Source: Heterodontus francisci (Eukaryota). Taken from it: DNA of 64,000 nucleotides. Where the stretch lies: the NCBI RefSeq assembly GCF_036365525.1, contig NC_090376.1, forward strand, positions 61,158,559 to 61,222,558, written 5' to 3'. The translations under genes and the position numbers were made by a program. The notes beneath the pieces are model-generated. The model had not been told where the DNA came from and ran no database searches. It was given only the letters and a program-made list of their open reading frames with translations. Every line of letters begins with the position of its first letter. The stretch's first letter is position 1. Positions 50,080-63,290 of the stretch are shown here, one piece after another.

Positions 50080-53000
50080 GCAGGAAAAAGAAATTGAAGT
50101 GTGACATCACAGGTTGGTATTTCTCTTTTTCTCTCTCTAAACTTGGGCATTCTTTCAAATTAGAAGCCAAGAAATTGATAACCTCAATCAGGGTGAGCAT
50201 AACAGGGCGTGTCTGAATAAGAGCAGCACAGAGCAGATTGAGGCATTAATTAAAATTAATAATTTTAACAAGGTACCAACCAGATTCTAAAAGAGGGAAC
50301 AGTGTTATTTTTTGGATCATAGATGGGAAGCTGTGACCTGTTGCTTACGATTCCTGTGCCACATGGGAACTCCAGGACATTTCATGTGTCTTGGATGACC
50401 ACGTGTATAGGAAGTGTCCCCAGCTACTTCAGCTCAAGCTCAGGATTTGAGAGTCTGAGGGGCAGCTGGAGTCACTGCGGAGCATGAGGAAGCAGGAAAG
50501 TTTCTTTGATCATACTTTCCAGGAGGTCGACACCCGGCAGGCAGTAAGGGTCAGGATACCAGGTGGGCAGCCATCTGGAAGACTAGGAAGAGGCAAGAGG
50601 TGCAGGAGTCCTCCGGGTATGCTCCACTCGCGAACAGGTACTCAGCATTGGAGACTGCTGCGTGTGACGATACCCCAAAGGAGTACAGTCCAGACATGGC
50701 ATCAATAGACAAGGGACTGTGCAGAAGGGAGCAGCAAAGTGTAGAAATGCAGTTGTTATAGGAGATTCCATAGTCAGGGGGGCAGACAGGCATTCTGTAA
50801 CCATCATCTTAAGTCCCTCTTGGTGTGTTGCCTCCCTGGTGCCATGTTAAAGAACATCACGGAGAGGGTGCAGGATATTCTGCAGGGGGAAGGGAGTTAG
50901 CCAGAAGTTGTAGTACACAACTCCTTGCAAGGAGGTTCACTAGTGTGTCTGCAGAGGGTTTAAATTAAACTGGCAGGGGGATGGGCACCAGTATGTCGGA
51001 GGTAGCAAAGAGTACTAAAGGTGCATAATCTGAGAGTGTTAGACAGTAATAGTGAAGGGAGTAATTGCATATTGGATAGGAGCAGACGGAGAAGGGCTAC
51101 GAGGAATGCAAAGAAAGCATTACAATGCATATATGTAAATGCACAAAGTGTGATGACTAAGGTTGGTGAGCTACAAGCACAAATAGTGTGGGAATATGAT
51201 GTAGTGGCAATAATGGAAACATGGCTTAAAAATGGTGAGGACTGGATGCTTAATATGCAGGGATACAAAATGTTCAGAAAAGATAGGGAAGGAAAAAAGG
51301 CAGGTGGGGTGGTAGTACTGATCAGGAAAGACACTGTAGTATTGGAAAGAAGGAATGTCATTGAGAGTGCAAGGATAGAATCGATTTGGTTAGAGTTCAG
51401 AAGCAAAAAGGGTATGATCACACTACTAGGGGTATTCTATAGGCCTCCAAATAGCGAGAGAAAGATAGCGGAGCAAATCTGCAGGGAAATCACAGATGTG
51501 TAAGAACTATAGCGTGGCAATATTCGGGGAGTTTACCCAAATATCGATTTGGATAATTTTAGAGTAAAGGAAAAGGAGGGGGGAGGAATTTCTGGATTAT
51601 ATTTAGGAGAACTTCCTTGAGCAGTATGTTCCCATCCCAACTAGAAAGGAGGCATTGCAGAATCTGGTGCTGGGAAATGAGGTGGGCCAAGTGCCTGTGG
51701 GGGAGCACTTGGGTAAGAGTCATCATCGTATCATAAGGTTTAGACTAGTAATACAGAAAAGCAAGGAATAAGATAAAGTAGAATGGCTAGATTGGAATAG
51801 GGCTAATTTCAATGCAATAATAAAGAGAGCTAGCCAGGATAAAATGGAAGCAACGACTGGAAAAGAGACTGTAACGGAACAATAGGTTATCATTAAGGAA
51901 GAGATGCTTCAGGTACATGCTAGGTACATTTCAACAAGGGCGAAAGGTAGGGGAACCAAAAACAGGGCTCCTTGGAAGACGAGAGAGATAAGGACTATGG
52001 TGAAACAAAAATAAAAAGGGTGTATGATGCATGTCAGGTGAATTATTCAAGTGAGAACCAGGGCAAATACAATAAGTTGAGGAGGGGAGGTGACGAGGAA
52101 AATAGAGAGAATACGAGAATAGAATGGCAGTCAACATAAAAAAGGAACCCAAAAATCTTCTACTGGCATATAGTTAGTAAGCAGGTACTAAGAGGTGGAG
52201 TGGGGCCTATTATGGACAAAGAGAGCAATATATGTTTAGAGGTACAGGGCAACAAGAATATTTAATGCGTACTTTGTATCAGTGTTTACTAAGGAAGAGG
52301 AATCAGTAGAAGTGGAGACAGTAGAGGCAATGGATATGGTAAAAATTGATAGGGAGGAGGTACTGGAAAGGCTGTCTATACTTAGGGTAGATAAGTCACC
52401 TGGTCTGGATGGCTTGCATCCCAGGCTGTTAAAGGAAGTGGGGGGTGGAGATAGCAGAAGGGCTTGCCTTATTGCAATCTTCCCTAGAAATGGGGGAGGT
52501 GCCAAAGGATTGGAGTGGCAAATATGACACCCTTATTCAAGAAAGGGTGTTAGGACAGTCCTAGCAACTAAGGCCAGTTAGTTTAATATCAGTGGTGCAT
52601 AAGGTTTTAGAAACCATAATCAGGGGGAGGGGAAAATCAACAGGTACTTGGAGAGGTTTCAGTTGATTAAGGATAGCCAGCATGGATTTGTAAAAAGCAG
52701 ATCATACTTGACTAATCTAATTGAATTTTTTGATAAAGTAACAGAGAAGGTTGATGAAGGGAATGCGATGGATGTTGTCTATATGGATTTTAAGAAAGCT
52801 TTCACTAAGTACCACATAAAAGGCTAGTTAACAAAATTGAGGCTCATGGAATAGAAGGGTCAGTGTCCAATTGGATAAAAAAAATTGGCTTAAGGACAGA
52901 AGACAGTGAGTCTTGGTAAATGGTTATTTTTCCAACTGGAGGATGGTAGACAGTGATGTTCCTCAAGGGTCAATGCTGAGACCACTGCTTCTTTTTTGCT

Positions 53001-53775
53001 ATATGACTTGGATCTTGGAATACAGAGTAGAATTTCAAAATTTGCCAATGATACCAAATTTGGAGGAGTGGCAGTGAGGATGATACGAACCGCCTGCAAT
53101 GGACAGACAGACTCGAAGAATGGGCAGACTAGCGCAAGATGAAATTTAATACCGACTCATTTGAGGTGATGCGTTTTGGCAGAAGCGATAAGATGGGGCA
53201 CTATATCGCAGTTCTAAAGAGCGTGCAGGAACAGAGGGTCTTGGGGGTGCATGTCCATCGATCTTTGAAGATGTCAGGTCATATGGAGAGTGTGGTTAGT
53301 AAAGCATATGGGATCTTGGGCGACATAAATAGACGCATAGTGCAGAAAAGCAGGGAAGTTATGCTGAACCTTTATAAAGCTCTGGTTAGGCCCCAACTGG
53401 AGTATTGAGTCCAGTTCTGGTCACCACACTTTAGGAAGGATGTGAGGGTCCTTTAGAGGGTGCAGAGGAGATTCACCAGAATGGTTACAAGGATGGGGGA
53501 TTTTAGTTACAAGGTTAGGTTGGAAAAGCTGGGTTTGTACTCCCTGGAGCAAAAGGAGATTGAGGGAAGATTTGATAGAAGTGTACAAGATTTTCTATAG
53601 GCTTAGCCAAGTTAGACAAGGAAAAATTGATGCCATCAATTGATGGCACAAGGGCTAGGGTACGCAGATTGAATGTTTTGGGCAAGAGATTCAGGGGGAA
53701 TGTAAGGAAGAACATTTTTTAAATGCAGCGAGTGGTAATGACCTGGAACTCGCTGCCCACGAGGGTGGTGGAAGG
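50080..53775 (+). mobile_element. Near full-length CR1 (ORF1 with SGNH esterase motif IGDSIVRG; ORF2 EN+RT), decayed
   Basis: ORFs 51021..51503, 52282..52527 and 53139..53408. Confidence 0.88.
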
Positions 53776-53830
53776 TGGTGAGGATTGGGAGAGTTTTAGA
53801 AATGAGGAAAGAATGAAAAAACATCTGATA

Positions 53831-54792
53831 GTAACAAGAGTACTTCGATTTTTTTTTGTAAAATATGTTTTAAAGGGCTTATAGTTGAATTAGGGACATG
53901 AATTCATATGGAATTTTGAAGAGATACTGAACTTTGTTTTTTTAAAAAAAAAGGTCACCAGAAGGTTCCTGGATTTGGCTTGTAAACAAGTCTTACTGGA
54001 AGGCACCTCTCTGGGGATAATCACCCAGCAAGGGTTGTTTGTGACTCGGGGAGATGTTTACAAAGAAGTGACAGGTCATGATTTATAGAGGTCAGGAGGC
54101 TTTACTTCTGGAATGTATTTAGTTTCAGTTTGAACTGTTACAACAGACAGTTGTTTCTTTGCTTGAAAGGAAATCAACACACTGTAGGGTTTCTCATTTC
54201 CAACTGTATTTGAAAAAACCCTGCATATTTGAAGAAATCCTGCATAGCGAATGTGTGGGGACTGAAAACCCTTGTTGCTGCATTTCTGCTGTAAGACCTA
54301 TCTGAAGCCTCTGTAGCTTCTTTTCTTAGAAATGCCTACCCAAACTGATCTTCAACATCACCTGGAAAGAACTGTTCGAAGAAGATCCCAGTGACAGCCA
54401 TCTATACGCATATGCGACCCCAAACCAAAACCATGGACAAGCATTCTGCCTAAGTGGGGTTTTTTGTTTTCTTTGTAATAGTGCTGTAAACAACAATCCT
54501 TTTTATTTTTCCAGTTAACTGGTGTGTGTGTGCGTGTGTGGGCTTGGATAGATAAGGGCTTTGATATTTCAATTGAATGTGTATGTTTTATTTCATTATT
54601 GAAGGTCTTGTTTTATAATAAACTGATAATTTTGTTGTTTATTAAAGAAACCTGGTTGGTACATTTTATTCTGGGAAAAATATAGAGCATATGATTGACA
54701 GCATCAGTAAGTGAGAAAATGTATATATGTTGAGACCTGTGGAGAAGTGGAACTAGAATAAACAGTGCACTCCTCCTGCCTCGGTCGTAACA
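53831..54792. mobile_element. Probable solo LTR inside a CR1
   Basis: Ends GGTCGTAACA like the LTR at 41880; ~960 bp; CR1 resumes on the right; left border approximate. Confidence 0.6.
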
Positions 54793-55106
54793 AGAGGGAG
54801 AAAACACAAACAGTAAACCAGCAAGGAATATAAAAAGATTGTAAGAGCTCCTACAGCTTTGTATGTATAGAGGAAGATGGTCGTGAAAGTAGCTTGGTCC
54901 TTCAGAAGCTGAGACAGGAGAAATTATAATAGTGAATAAGGAAATGGTTGAGACATTAAACAAATATTTTGAATCTGTCTTCACAGTTGAAGATACAAAA
55001 ACATATCAGAAATATCGGAGAAATCAAGGGACTAATGAGAGTGAGGAACTTAAAGTAATTAATATTCGTTATATTTTGTTAATTATATTAGTTAATATTT
55101 TGTTAG

Positions 55107-55575
55107 TGTCAGCTGTGGTTCAGTTGGTAGCACTCTCGCCTCTGAGTCACAAGGTTCTGGACTCAGGTCCCACTCCAGGGCTTGAGCACAAAAATCTACG
55201 CCGACACCCCAGTGCAGCACTGAGGGAGCGCTGCACAGTTTGAGGTGCTGTCTTTCGGAGGAGACATTTAAACAAGGCTCTATCTGCCTTCTTGAGTGGA
55301 TGTAAAAGAATCCATGGCATTATTTCAAAGAAGAGCAGGGGAGTTATCCCCAGTGTCCTGGCTAATATTTATCCTACAATCAACATCACACCAAAAAAAA
55401 CTGATTATCTGGCCATTATCACATTGCTTTTTGTGGGAGTTTGCTGTGCGTGAATTGGCTGTCATGGTTTCTACATTACATTACAACAGTAACTACAATT
55501 TAGAAGTACGTCATTGGCTGTAAAGTGCTTTGAGATGTCATGAAAAGTGGTACATAAATGCAAGTCTTTCTTTTA
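55107..55575 (+). mobile_element. Full-length Deu-domain tRNA SINE nested in a CR1
   Basis: tRNA-like head; Deu core GGATGTAAAAGAATCCATGGCA...CACATTGCT; TAAATGCAAGTCTTTC tail. Confidence 0.88.
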
Positions 55576-55855
55576 GTAAAGAAAAAGTACTGGAGGGCCT
55601 AAAAGCTGACAAATCCCCGGACCAGACGGCCTATATCCTAAAAGAGGTGGCTACATTGGTTGTGATCTTCCAAAATTCCCTGCATTCTGCAGTGATTCCA
55701 GTGGATCAGAAGGTAGCAAATGTAATATCGTTATTCAAGAAAGAAGGAAGGGAGAAAACAGGAACGATGTGCCAATTAGCCTGACATTAGTTGTCAAGAA
55801 AATGCTGGAATCCATTATTAAGGAAGGAGTAACAGGGTACTTAAAAATCCTAATA

Positions 55856-56406
55856 TGCGAGAACAGAATAATATGGGGACATTTAAGATGAAATAATTAA
55901 TCAATCATGTATTACTAACAAACTAACTTCGGAGCTGCACAGACAGCTTATCAGAAATAACTTCATAGCTTCAGGGCTGCACAGACAGCTTATCAGTAGA
56001 AATAGACTAACAAGCTAAAACCTAGTAGGACAGCTGCACCTGCCGAATAGTAGCCTATTGTACAACAATCAGCCCAACGTTCCAAGGAGATAGGGGAATA
56101 AGAAACTGCTTGAGGGAGAGGTGACAAGGCAGTGCCCCAATCAGGCCCTAACACCAAGAAACTGCAGAGTTTGTAAAACAATTGGGAACATAAAGGGGGT
56201 GTCACTGATTTGTAAGAAGAACAATAAGAAAGGCTTGAATTCCCTCCTCCAGCACGGAGGAAGAGGGAGGAGAGCCCAGGTGTTGTTGTTGTTCGCTTTG
56301 CTGATGATGTAACCACTAAGTACTACAATAAAGTTTCTTAAAGCTACAGTCGGACTTTGTCTCATTTCGTATAACCCATGAGACCATAGAAAATTGAGAT
56401 CCAACA
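55856..56406 (+). repeat. ERV 5' LTR (551 bp)
   Basis: TGCGAG...CCAACA; AATAAA near 56327; direct repeat of 62767-63290. Confidence 0.93.
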
Positions 56407-56409
56407 ACT

Positions 56410-56427
56410 TGGCGTAATCGGCAGGAT
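56410..56427 (+). promoter_or_regulatory. Primer binding site, tRNA-Ser
   Basis: TGGCGTAATCGGCAGGAT matches 17/18 to the complement of the vertebrate tRNA-Ser 3' end (TGGCGTAGTCGGCAGGAT, from memory). Confidence 0.85.
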
Positions 56428-56740
56428 CGCTGGAGGATAGAGACCAAAGCATTGGACATCGGACCGTTATCGGGCCCCAGAGGTAAGGACTCCTCTTTGT
56501 TTTAAAAGTCCTTGGCCGTTGTCTAAGCTCGGTACTCCACCACGCGATCCCGAACCTTTTTGTTCAGTAACTAGAGTCCACTCGGGGGGGAATACGGAAG
56601 ACGGAAACCCCATATATATTCAGGCGCCTTATTCGGCGGTAATCGGCGTAACACTGACCCACGGGCTTCGAAGGAAGCTCCATCGGCTTGAGTTTAGCTG
56701 TAGAAATACCCGGTTCTACGGACCCTACGGCATTGATAAA

Positions 56741-58299
56741 ATGACCAACGAAGACAACCGACAGTTACCAACTACCGTCAAAGGTGGGCGGGCCCCACCT
56801 GACGTTCCCGAAGATGAAATACTTCGGCAGTTAAAAGAATATGTAGAGCAACGGTTTAATTTGGCTAAACAATACACAGACATTGGGCAAAAATATGGCG
56901 CCACAACGGGACAGTGGTCCCTTGATGATATAAAGAGAGTCTGGGGAAAAGCAACCCGTTTAAAAGGACAGAGAACGGACCCAATAGTCCCTAGCTGTCA
57001 TGGGACAGATCCGACAGCGTAATGAAATTATCCAGCAAGCTCAACGCGACCGCGACCTAACTAATGCGAAGGACCAATTGAAGGCGGTCTGCGAACAATT
57101 GAAAAAGGAAAAGCTTAAAGTGGAACAGCTAGAAGCTGCCCATAAAAAGTTAGAATTTGGAAATAAAGTACTTAAAAGACAACTACAGGACGAACGAGCG
57201 ATCCAATTGAAGGGACCGCTTTACGGACCCCCACCCCAACCACCACCACCGACTAACATATATCCGAGTTTGAAGACGTTACAAAAAGAACAACACCTAC
57301 TGCAACTGCGTGATGCAGGTCTGACGGAGTATGAATCCTCCAGTGAAGAAAGTGATACTGATGATGATGATGATGGTATGCCTTTCCCGCGACTAGCTCC
57401 CCTCAAACAGAAACGCATTAAGGTAAAGCAGGAAAAGACTGTGGACGGCCCAGCATATCCTGGAGGATCCTGAGAAGATTGATAAGTGGTCCAAAGAATT
57501 GCCTGACCCAAAGAAGGGGGGTCAGAAGATGTGGGAACAACTGGAACGTCTGAAGGGAATTTACCACCTCCACCCGTGGGACGGGGTACAGATTCTGACT
57601 GTGATGGTGCCCGGAAGAGCAGCCCGAAGACTGAGCAGAGAGGTCAAAGCTGCTTTGGGCATGGACGAACAAAAACTAGATGCCGGATGGATTGCAATTA
57701 GCCAGTGGTTGCGAGCATTCTATCCTGCAAAGACGGATCGGAATAAAATTACAGCCTGTCAGCAAAAAGGTACCAAAGAGGTGCGGGAGTACGAAGAGAG
57801 ATTTCGAACTGTTTGGCTGGAACACTCGGGGATAACAGACATTGCTCCGGAGGATCTGGACAATACCCGTTTTGTGCCCTTGAAGTCTGCCTTTATTGCT
57901 GGAATAAAACCAGAATTATCCAAGATGTTGAAGGTAACCTTACCAGAGTGGGAAGGCGCAGGAGTAAAGTACACACAGTTAATTGATCGATGCAGTCAGC
58001 TGGACAGGGACATGGGAGCAAAACTCCGAGTTATGCAGACAGGTCAGATACCGAAAGAGCCTGACAAAGGACTAGGTCAGCGACCCGGTAAATGTTACTG
58101 TTGTGGGAAGGAAGGCCATTGGGCTAAGACGTGTAAAGTGAAAGGACGAGGCAGAGGACACCCGGGACATAACCCGGAACCCAAACCAGGTCCATCTCAA
58201 GATGATAACGACCTCTTAGAGAAGCTTAAACAGCTTATTCAGTTAACACTCCAACAACAGAAGGAGTTATCATCTTTTCTTAGTGTGACAAAAAACTAG
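56741..58299 (+). pseudogene. gag: ERV gag, frameshifted into three ORFs
   Basis: Proline-rich and YPSL late-domain-like region, capsid, zinc knuckle CYCCGKEGHWAKTC, TAG stop. Confidence 0.88.
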
Positions 58300-61200
58300 A
58301 GGAGCCCCCCCTCGTCGTTTCGGTGCCTCTCCAGGCGCTATTAGAAAATAGAAAAGATGGATTGTATATAACTGCGAGGGTGGGCGACCAAGATATTGAC
58401 TTTTTATTGGATACTGGAGCTGAATTAACGTGCATACCCCAACAATACAGAAACCCCCTACTAATGGACGGTAAGACTGAAACAGCTCACGGAGCAGGGG
58501 GCAATAAGTTAGTAATCAGGAAGACTCAGCCCATACATATTGGTTTTGGTCCACACGAATTGAAAACACCAATTTGGATAGGTCCGGTGGACCAAGCCCT
58601 TCTCGGTATGGACATTCTTACCCAACTGAACTCTTCGTTACATTTTAAAGGCGGTCAGTTAACTTGGTCTATCAGAAGTTTGAAGAAAGAGGAGCTAAGG
58701 GAACACCCAATATGGGCCCAGGATAAGAACGATTGTGGGCTACTTCAAATGGAACCAGCAACATTTACGGGATCTGCTCCACCCTGTACCAAACAATATC
58801 CCATTAGTCTAACCTCCGTTGTGGGAATCCTACCCGTAATCGAACAGTTAGAAGAGCGAGGCGTGCTAGTTAAAACACACAATACATCCAACAGCCCTGT
58901 GTGGCCAGTACTGAAACCAAACGGGACCTGGCGGCTTACTGTAGACTATAGGAAAGCTAACCAGTGTATTGATCAAAAGGCCCCTTTGGTAGCTGACCCC
59001 TCTACGATATTCAATGCCTTGAAGCCGGAACACGAATGGTTTTCTGTTATCGATATGGCTAATGGATTTTGGTCGGTGCCACTAGCACCCGAGGTCCAAC
59101 CGTGGTTCGCCTTTACCGTACAACAACAACAGTACACCTGGACACGGTTGCCACAGGGTTTCCACAACAACCCTACGGTATTTCATATGGCCCTACAAAA
59201 CCATTTGAGGGAGTTACCTTCCATTCACTCCACGGTCATCCAGTATGTGGACGACATTCTGCTAGCCTCTGAGACAGAAGAACAGCACGAGCAAGATCTG
59301 CGTACCCTATTAGACCACCTTCATCAGAGAGGACACAAAGCCAGTATCGACAAAGCACAAATAACTCAAGGGGAGGTTGTGTACCTGGGACAAAAGATTT
59401 CAAAGGGAAAGAGAGAACTCACCCAGGACAGGACTGCCGCTATTCGAGCTGCCAAACAGCCAACTACTATCCAGGAACTTAGGTCTTTTTTGGGTTTGGA
59501 TTGACTCCTACACACAGCTGGCTCAACCGTTAACCGATCTCCTAAAGGGAAAGCGGGCCTCTAAAGAATCCGTTACTCTAACCAAAGAACAACAAGAAGC
59601 TTTTGAAAATTTAAAGAGGGCTCTGTGCTCAGCGCCAGCCCTGGGAATCTCCGACAATGGGAAACCGTTCACCCTGTTTGTACACGAAAAAGAGGGATAT
59701 ATGACTGCCATACTAACGCAGGAGCACGGGGATAAACAGAGACCTATTGGATATTATTCGAAAAGACTGAACACTGTCGCCCTAGGATGGGGCAGTTGTT
59801 TAAGAGCTATGGAAGCTACATGTCAAGCAGTAATGGCTACTGCAGGTCTGGTGTTAGATCAGAAGTTAACGGTTAAGTGTCCGCACACAGTCCATACTTT
59901 GCTATCCACGAACAGAGTATCCCAAGTGACCGCAGCTAGATGGACCCGATGGACAACAGTCCTAGAGGCTCCTAATCTCCACATCGTCCGGGTCAGCCCG
60001 GTAAATCAAGCGACTATGCTCCCGTGGTCTAAGGAGACAGAGGAAGAAGAACATGATTGTGTAGAGATTATGGAAGAAACAGAGGAGACAGCCCTAGCGG
60101 CAGAAGAAGCATTGCTCAACCCAGATTTAATCCTATTCACAGACGGATCCTCCTTTGTTGACAATGGTATACGGAAAGCAGGATGGGCAGTTACAACTCA
60201 ACATGAAGTTGTGTAAGTGGGATGCCTGTCTCCAGGAACGTCAGCCCAACAAGCCGAACTGCGAGCCCTGTCGGAAGCATGCCGAATAGCAGAAGGGAAA
60301 ACAGCTAATATTTACACAGACTCACGGTATGCTTTTGGAGTTGCTCACGACTTTGGTCAGTTGTGGCGCAAAAGAGGATTTCTCACCGCAGCTGGTACAC
60401 CTATTCAAAATGGGAAAGAAGTTCGAGACTTGCTAGAGGCGATGCAATTGCCACAAAAGGTATCTATTTTGAAATGTAAAGCCCATACAAAAGACAACAC
60501 TATGGAAGCAAAAGGGAATGCCCTAGCCAACAAGGCAGCCAAGGAAGCCGCCTCGCGGGGTGATCCCCCGGACGCACGGACGCAAATATGTGAATTGAAT
60601 GCGTCCTGTCTGACACAAGACCTACAAGTGATGCAGAGTGAATGCTCCAAAGATGAAAAATGGACCTGGATGGAAGCAGGGATTAAGTTATGTGACGATG
60701 GCATCTGGAGGCAAAGGGACACTGAGAAACCTGTTGCACCACAGGCGCTGATGCCCTTTTTAGCCCAACAAATTACTCCTGGGGACACCTGGCCCCGCAA
60801 CAGATGACAGCACGGTTCCAGAAATGCTGGTGGGGTCGAGGGTTCAAAAAACATGCACAGCTGGTGGTTGACCGCTGTGTGGTCTGTCAAAAAAACAATC
60901 CAGGACCCACTATGATAATGCCTATACTAAGAGCCCCTGCTCCAGCCGGCCCATTCCAGTGCTTACAAGTTGACTATATCACTCTCCCACCTTGTCAAGG
61001 ATACACCGGTATTTTAGTCATTGTTGACAAATTTTCGAGATGGGTAGAAGACGTCCCAGCCAGAAACGCCACGGCCAATCACACCGCGAAGGTCCTGCGT
61101 AAGGATTACATCCCCAGATGGGGAGTACCAGTCAGCATTGACTCTGATCAAGGAACTCATTTCACAGGCGCGGATTGTCAGGAAGTCAGTTGACTGCTAA

Positions 61201-61363
61201 ACATTACGTGGGATTTACACTGTCCTCATCACCCACAGTCATCAGATCAAGTGGAACGAATGAATCAGATGCTAAAGCAGCGACTATCCAAGTATCACCA
61301 GGAAGGACTAAAGCGACCTCAGGCATTGCCGATAGTTCTGTGTAGTATCAGAGCGACCCGTGA
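58290..61363 (+). pseudogene. pol: ERV pro-pol (PR, RT, RNase H, truncated IN)
   Basis: LLDTGA, LPQG, YVDD, FTDGSS, YTDSRY and IDSDQGTHF motifs; several frameshifts and stops. Confidence 0.93.
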
Positions 61364-61390
61364 TTAAACGCCGAATTATTAATTGCTGCC

Positions 61391-62650
61391 ATGTTTAAAA
61401 TTTGTATTATCTTCTTTGCATGTATTTTAAGTAGTTGCTCATTTTTGTCTAACCAAACCTGTCCACATGGGGAAACTAATCGAGTGTCCAGAGAATTACA
61501 GGTTAACTCTTTCCTTTACATGACCTATACTTATGCTAAAGAAGCTAACCTCTCCCGCTGCTGGATATGTGGACACGTGCCTATCCACTCCAGGGGAGGC
61601 ATCCCCTTACGTCCCATTCCGTTTAATGCATCAGTGACGGCGGAATGGATCGCAAAAGGATCTCGGAGCAGACGAACTTTCATGGGGTGGTACCGGTCCC
61701 ATTACAATCGGATCCGAGAACCTCTGTTCTTGGTCCTTACTAATACCTCAGGCGTGGGAAGACCAGAGGGATTCATACGCCTGGTTAGAGACCAAAAGGG
61801 TGGACGAGAAGTGGGACGAAGTAACTGCTCCCACTATTTCAATGTGACTCCAGGCGCTAAATCTATTCGCCTGCGGGACCTTGAGGAACTAAAGGATCGG
61901 GACGCCACCTGGCGGGTGGACCCCGAAATAGCTAGAAACCCCATGCCTACAACGGTACTTACTTTATTTGCGGCAACAAAGCCTATCCCTGGTTACCGAA
62001 ATTCTGGACAGGATCATGTTACTTAGGTTATGTTACACCTTATATCCATCATTTGACCTCCCTGTATAAGCCACCTGAGGGACGAAGAAGGAAACGAGCT
62101 ATCACAGAGACTGAGAGATTTTTCTCGATCATGTTCCCGTGGTACGGGACAGGTAAGATAGCCAGGGAATCCATCAATATTGCTTCGGTCCTAGAAAAAG
62201 GTGGCCAATGACACCGCCGAAGCCCTTGATAAAATAAATGCAGAAACGGTAGCTATCCGCACCGTAGCACTCCAGAACCGAATGGCCTTAGATTTTGTCC
62301 TAGCAGAAAAGGGGGGTACATATGCCCTGATAGGACCCGAGTGCTGTACATACATTCCAGATAGCTCCGAAGAAATTTCCGATCTGGCAGCACACATCTG
62401 AAAGGAGATGGAAAAGCTAAAACAACCCCCAGCTTCCACCTTGTGGGGTTGGGCGACCAGTTGGCTGGGCTCGATAGGGACTTTAGTGGTACAGGGTTTG
62501 GTCTTATTTCTAGTTATAGTTGTAATTCTGTATTTGATGTTTTTGCTTATTAAGTGCTGTTGTAAACAAGTAACTGAAGCCCCTGCAAAACTTATGATTT
62601 TAGAGAGTTCCCGCGGGCCCCTCCTGTGGCACAAGCAGGCAACGTATTGA
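61391..62650 (+). pseudogene. env: ERV env (gamma-type), disrupted
   Basis: Signal peptide, CWIC, furin site RRRKR, ISD LQNRMALD, (C>Y)X6CC, transmembrane helix. Confidence 0.9.
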
Positions 62651-62766
62651 GTGTGACTCCTCCGGGTGTTGAAGGCTGTTTCTAAACAAGTAGAGACCAT
62701 TAAAGGCACCTAGGTGGGATCAAGGGAATGATTCTTAAAAGTGTTTTGAAGAATCAAAGGGGGGAC

Positions 62767-63290
62767 TGTGAGAACAGAATTTTGAAGAACAGAATAATAT
62801 GGGGACATTTAAGATGAAATAATTAATCAATCATGTATTACTAACAAACTAACTTCAGGGCTGCACAGACAGCTTATCAGTAGAAATAGACCAACAATCT
62901 AAAACCTAGTAGGACAGCTGCACCTGCCGAATAGTAGCCTATTGTACAACAATCAGCCCAACGTTCCAAGGAGATAGGGGAATAAGAAACTGCTCGAGGG
63001 AGAGGTGACAAGGCAGTGCCCCAATCAGGCCCTAACACCAAGAAACTGCAGAGTTTGTAAACCAATTGGGAACATAAAGGGGGTGTCACTGATTTGTAAG
63101 AAGAACAATAAGAAAGGCTTGAATTCCCTCCTCCAGCACGGAGGAAGAGGGAGGAGAGCCCAGGTGTTGTTGTTGTTCGCTTTGCTGATGATGTAACCAC
63201 TAAGTACTACAATAAAGTTTCTTAAAGCTACAGTCGGACTTTGTCTCATTTCGTATAACCCATGAGACCATAGAAAATTGAGATCCAACA
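62767..63290 (+). repeat. ERV 3' LTR (524 bp)
   Basis: Follows PPT AAAGGGGGG-AC; TGTGAG...CCAACA. Confidence 0.93.

Larger units (their letters stand above)
55856..63290 (+). mobile_element. Class I (gamma/epsilon-like) endogenous retrovirus, LTR-gag-pol-env-LTR, defective
   Basis: Paired TG...CA LTRs, PBS, PPT and gag/pol/env motifs; interrupts a CR1 that resumes at 63291. Confidence 0.96.

Noticed and set aside
55993-56316. 107-aa minus-strand ORF repeated at 62877..63200 as a viral accessory gene
   Set aside because: The repetition simply reflects LTR identity; no recognisable motif and no evidence of coding selection.
56519-56740. Upstream extension of gag (leader ORF)
   Set aside because: Starts at TTG in the untranslated leader; the first in-frame ATG is at 56741 and nothing supports translation upstream.
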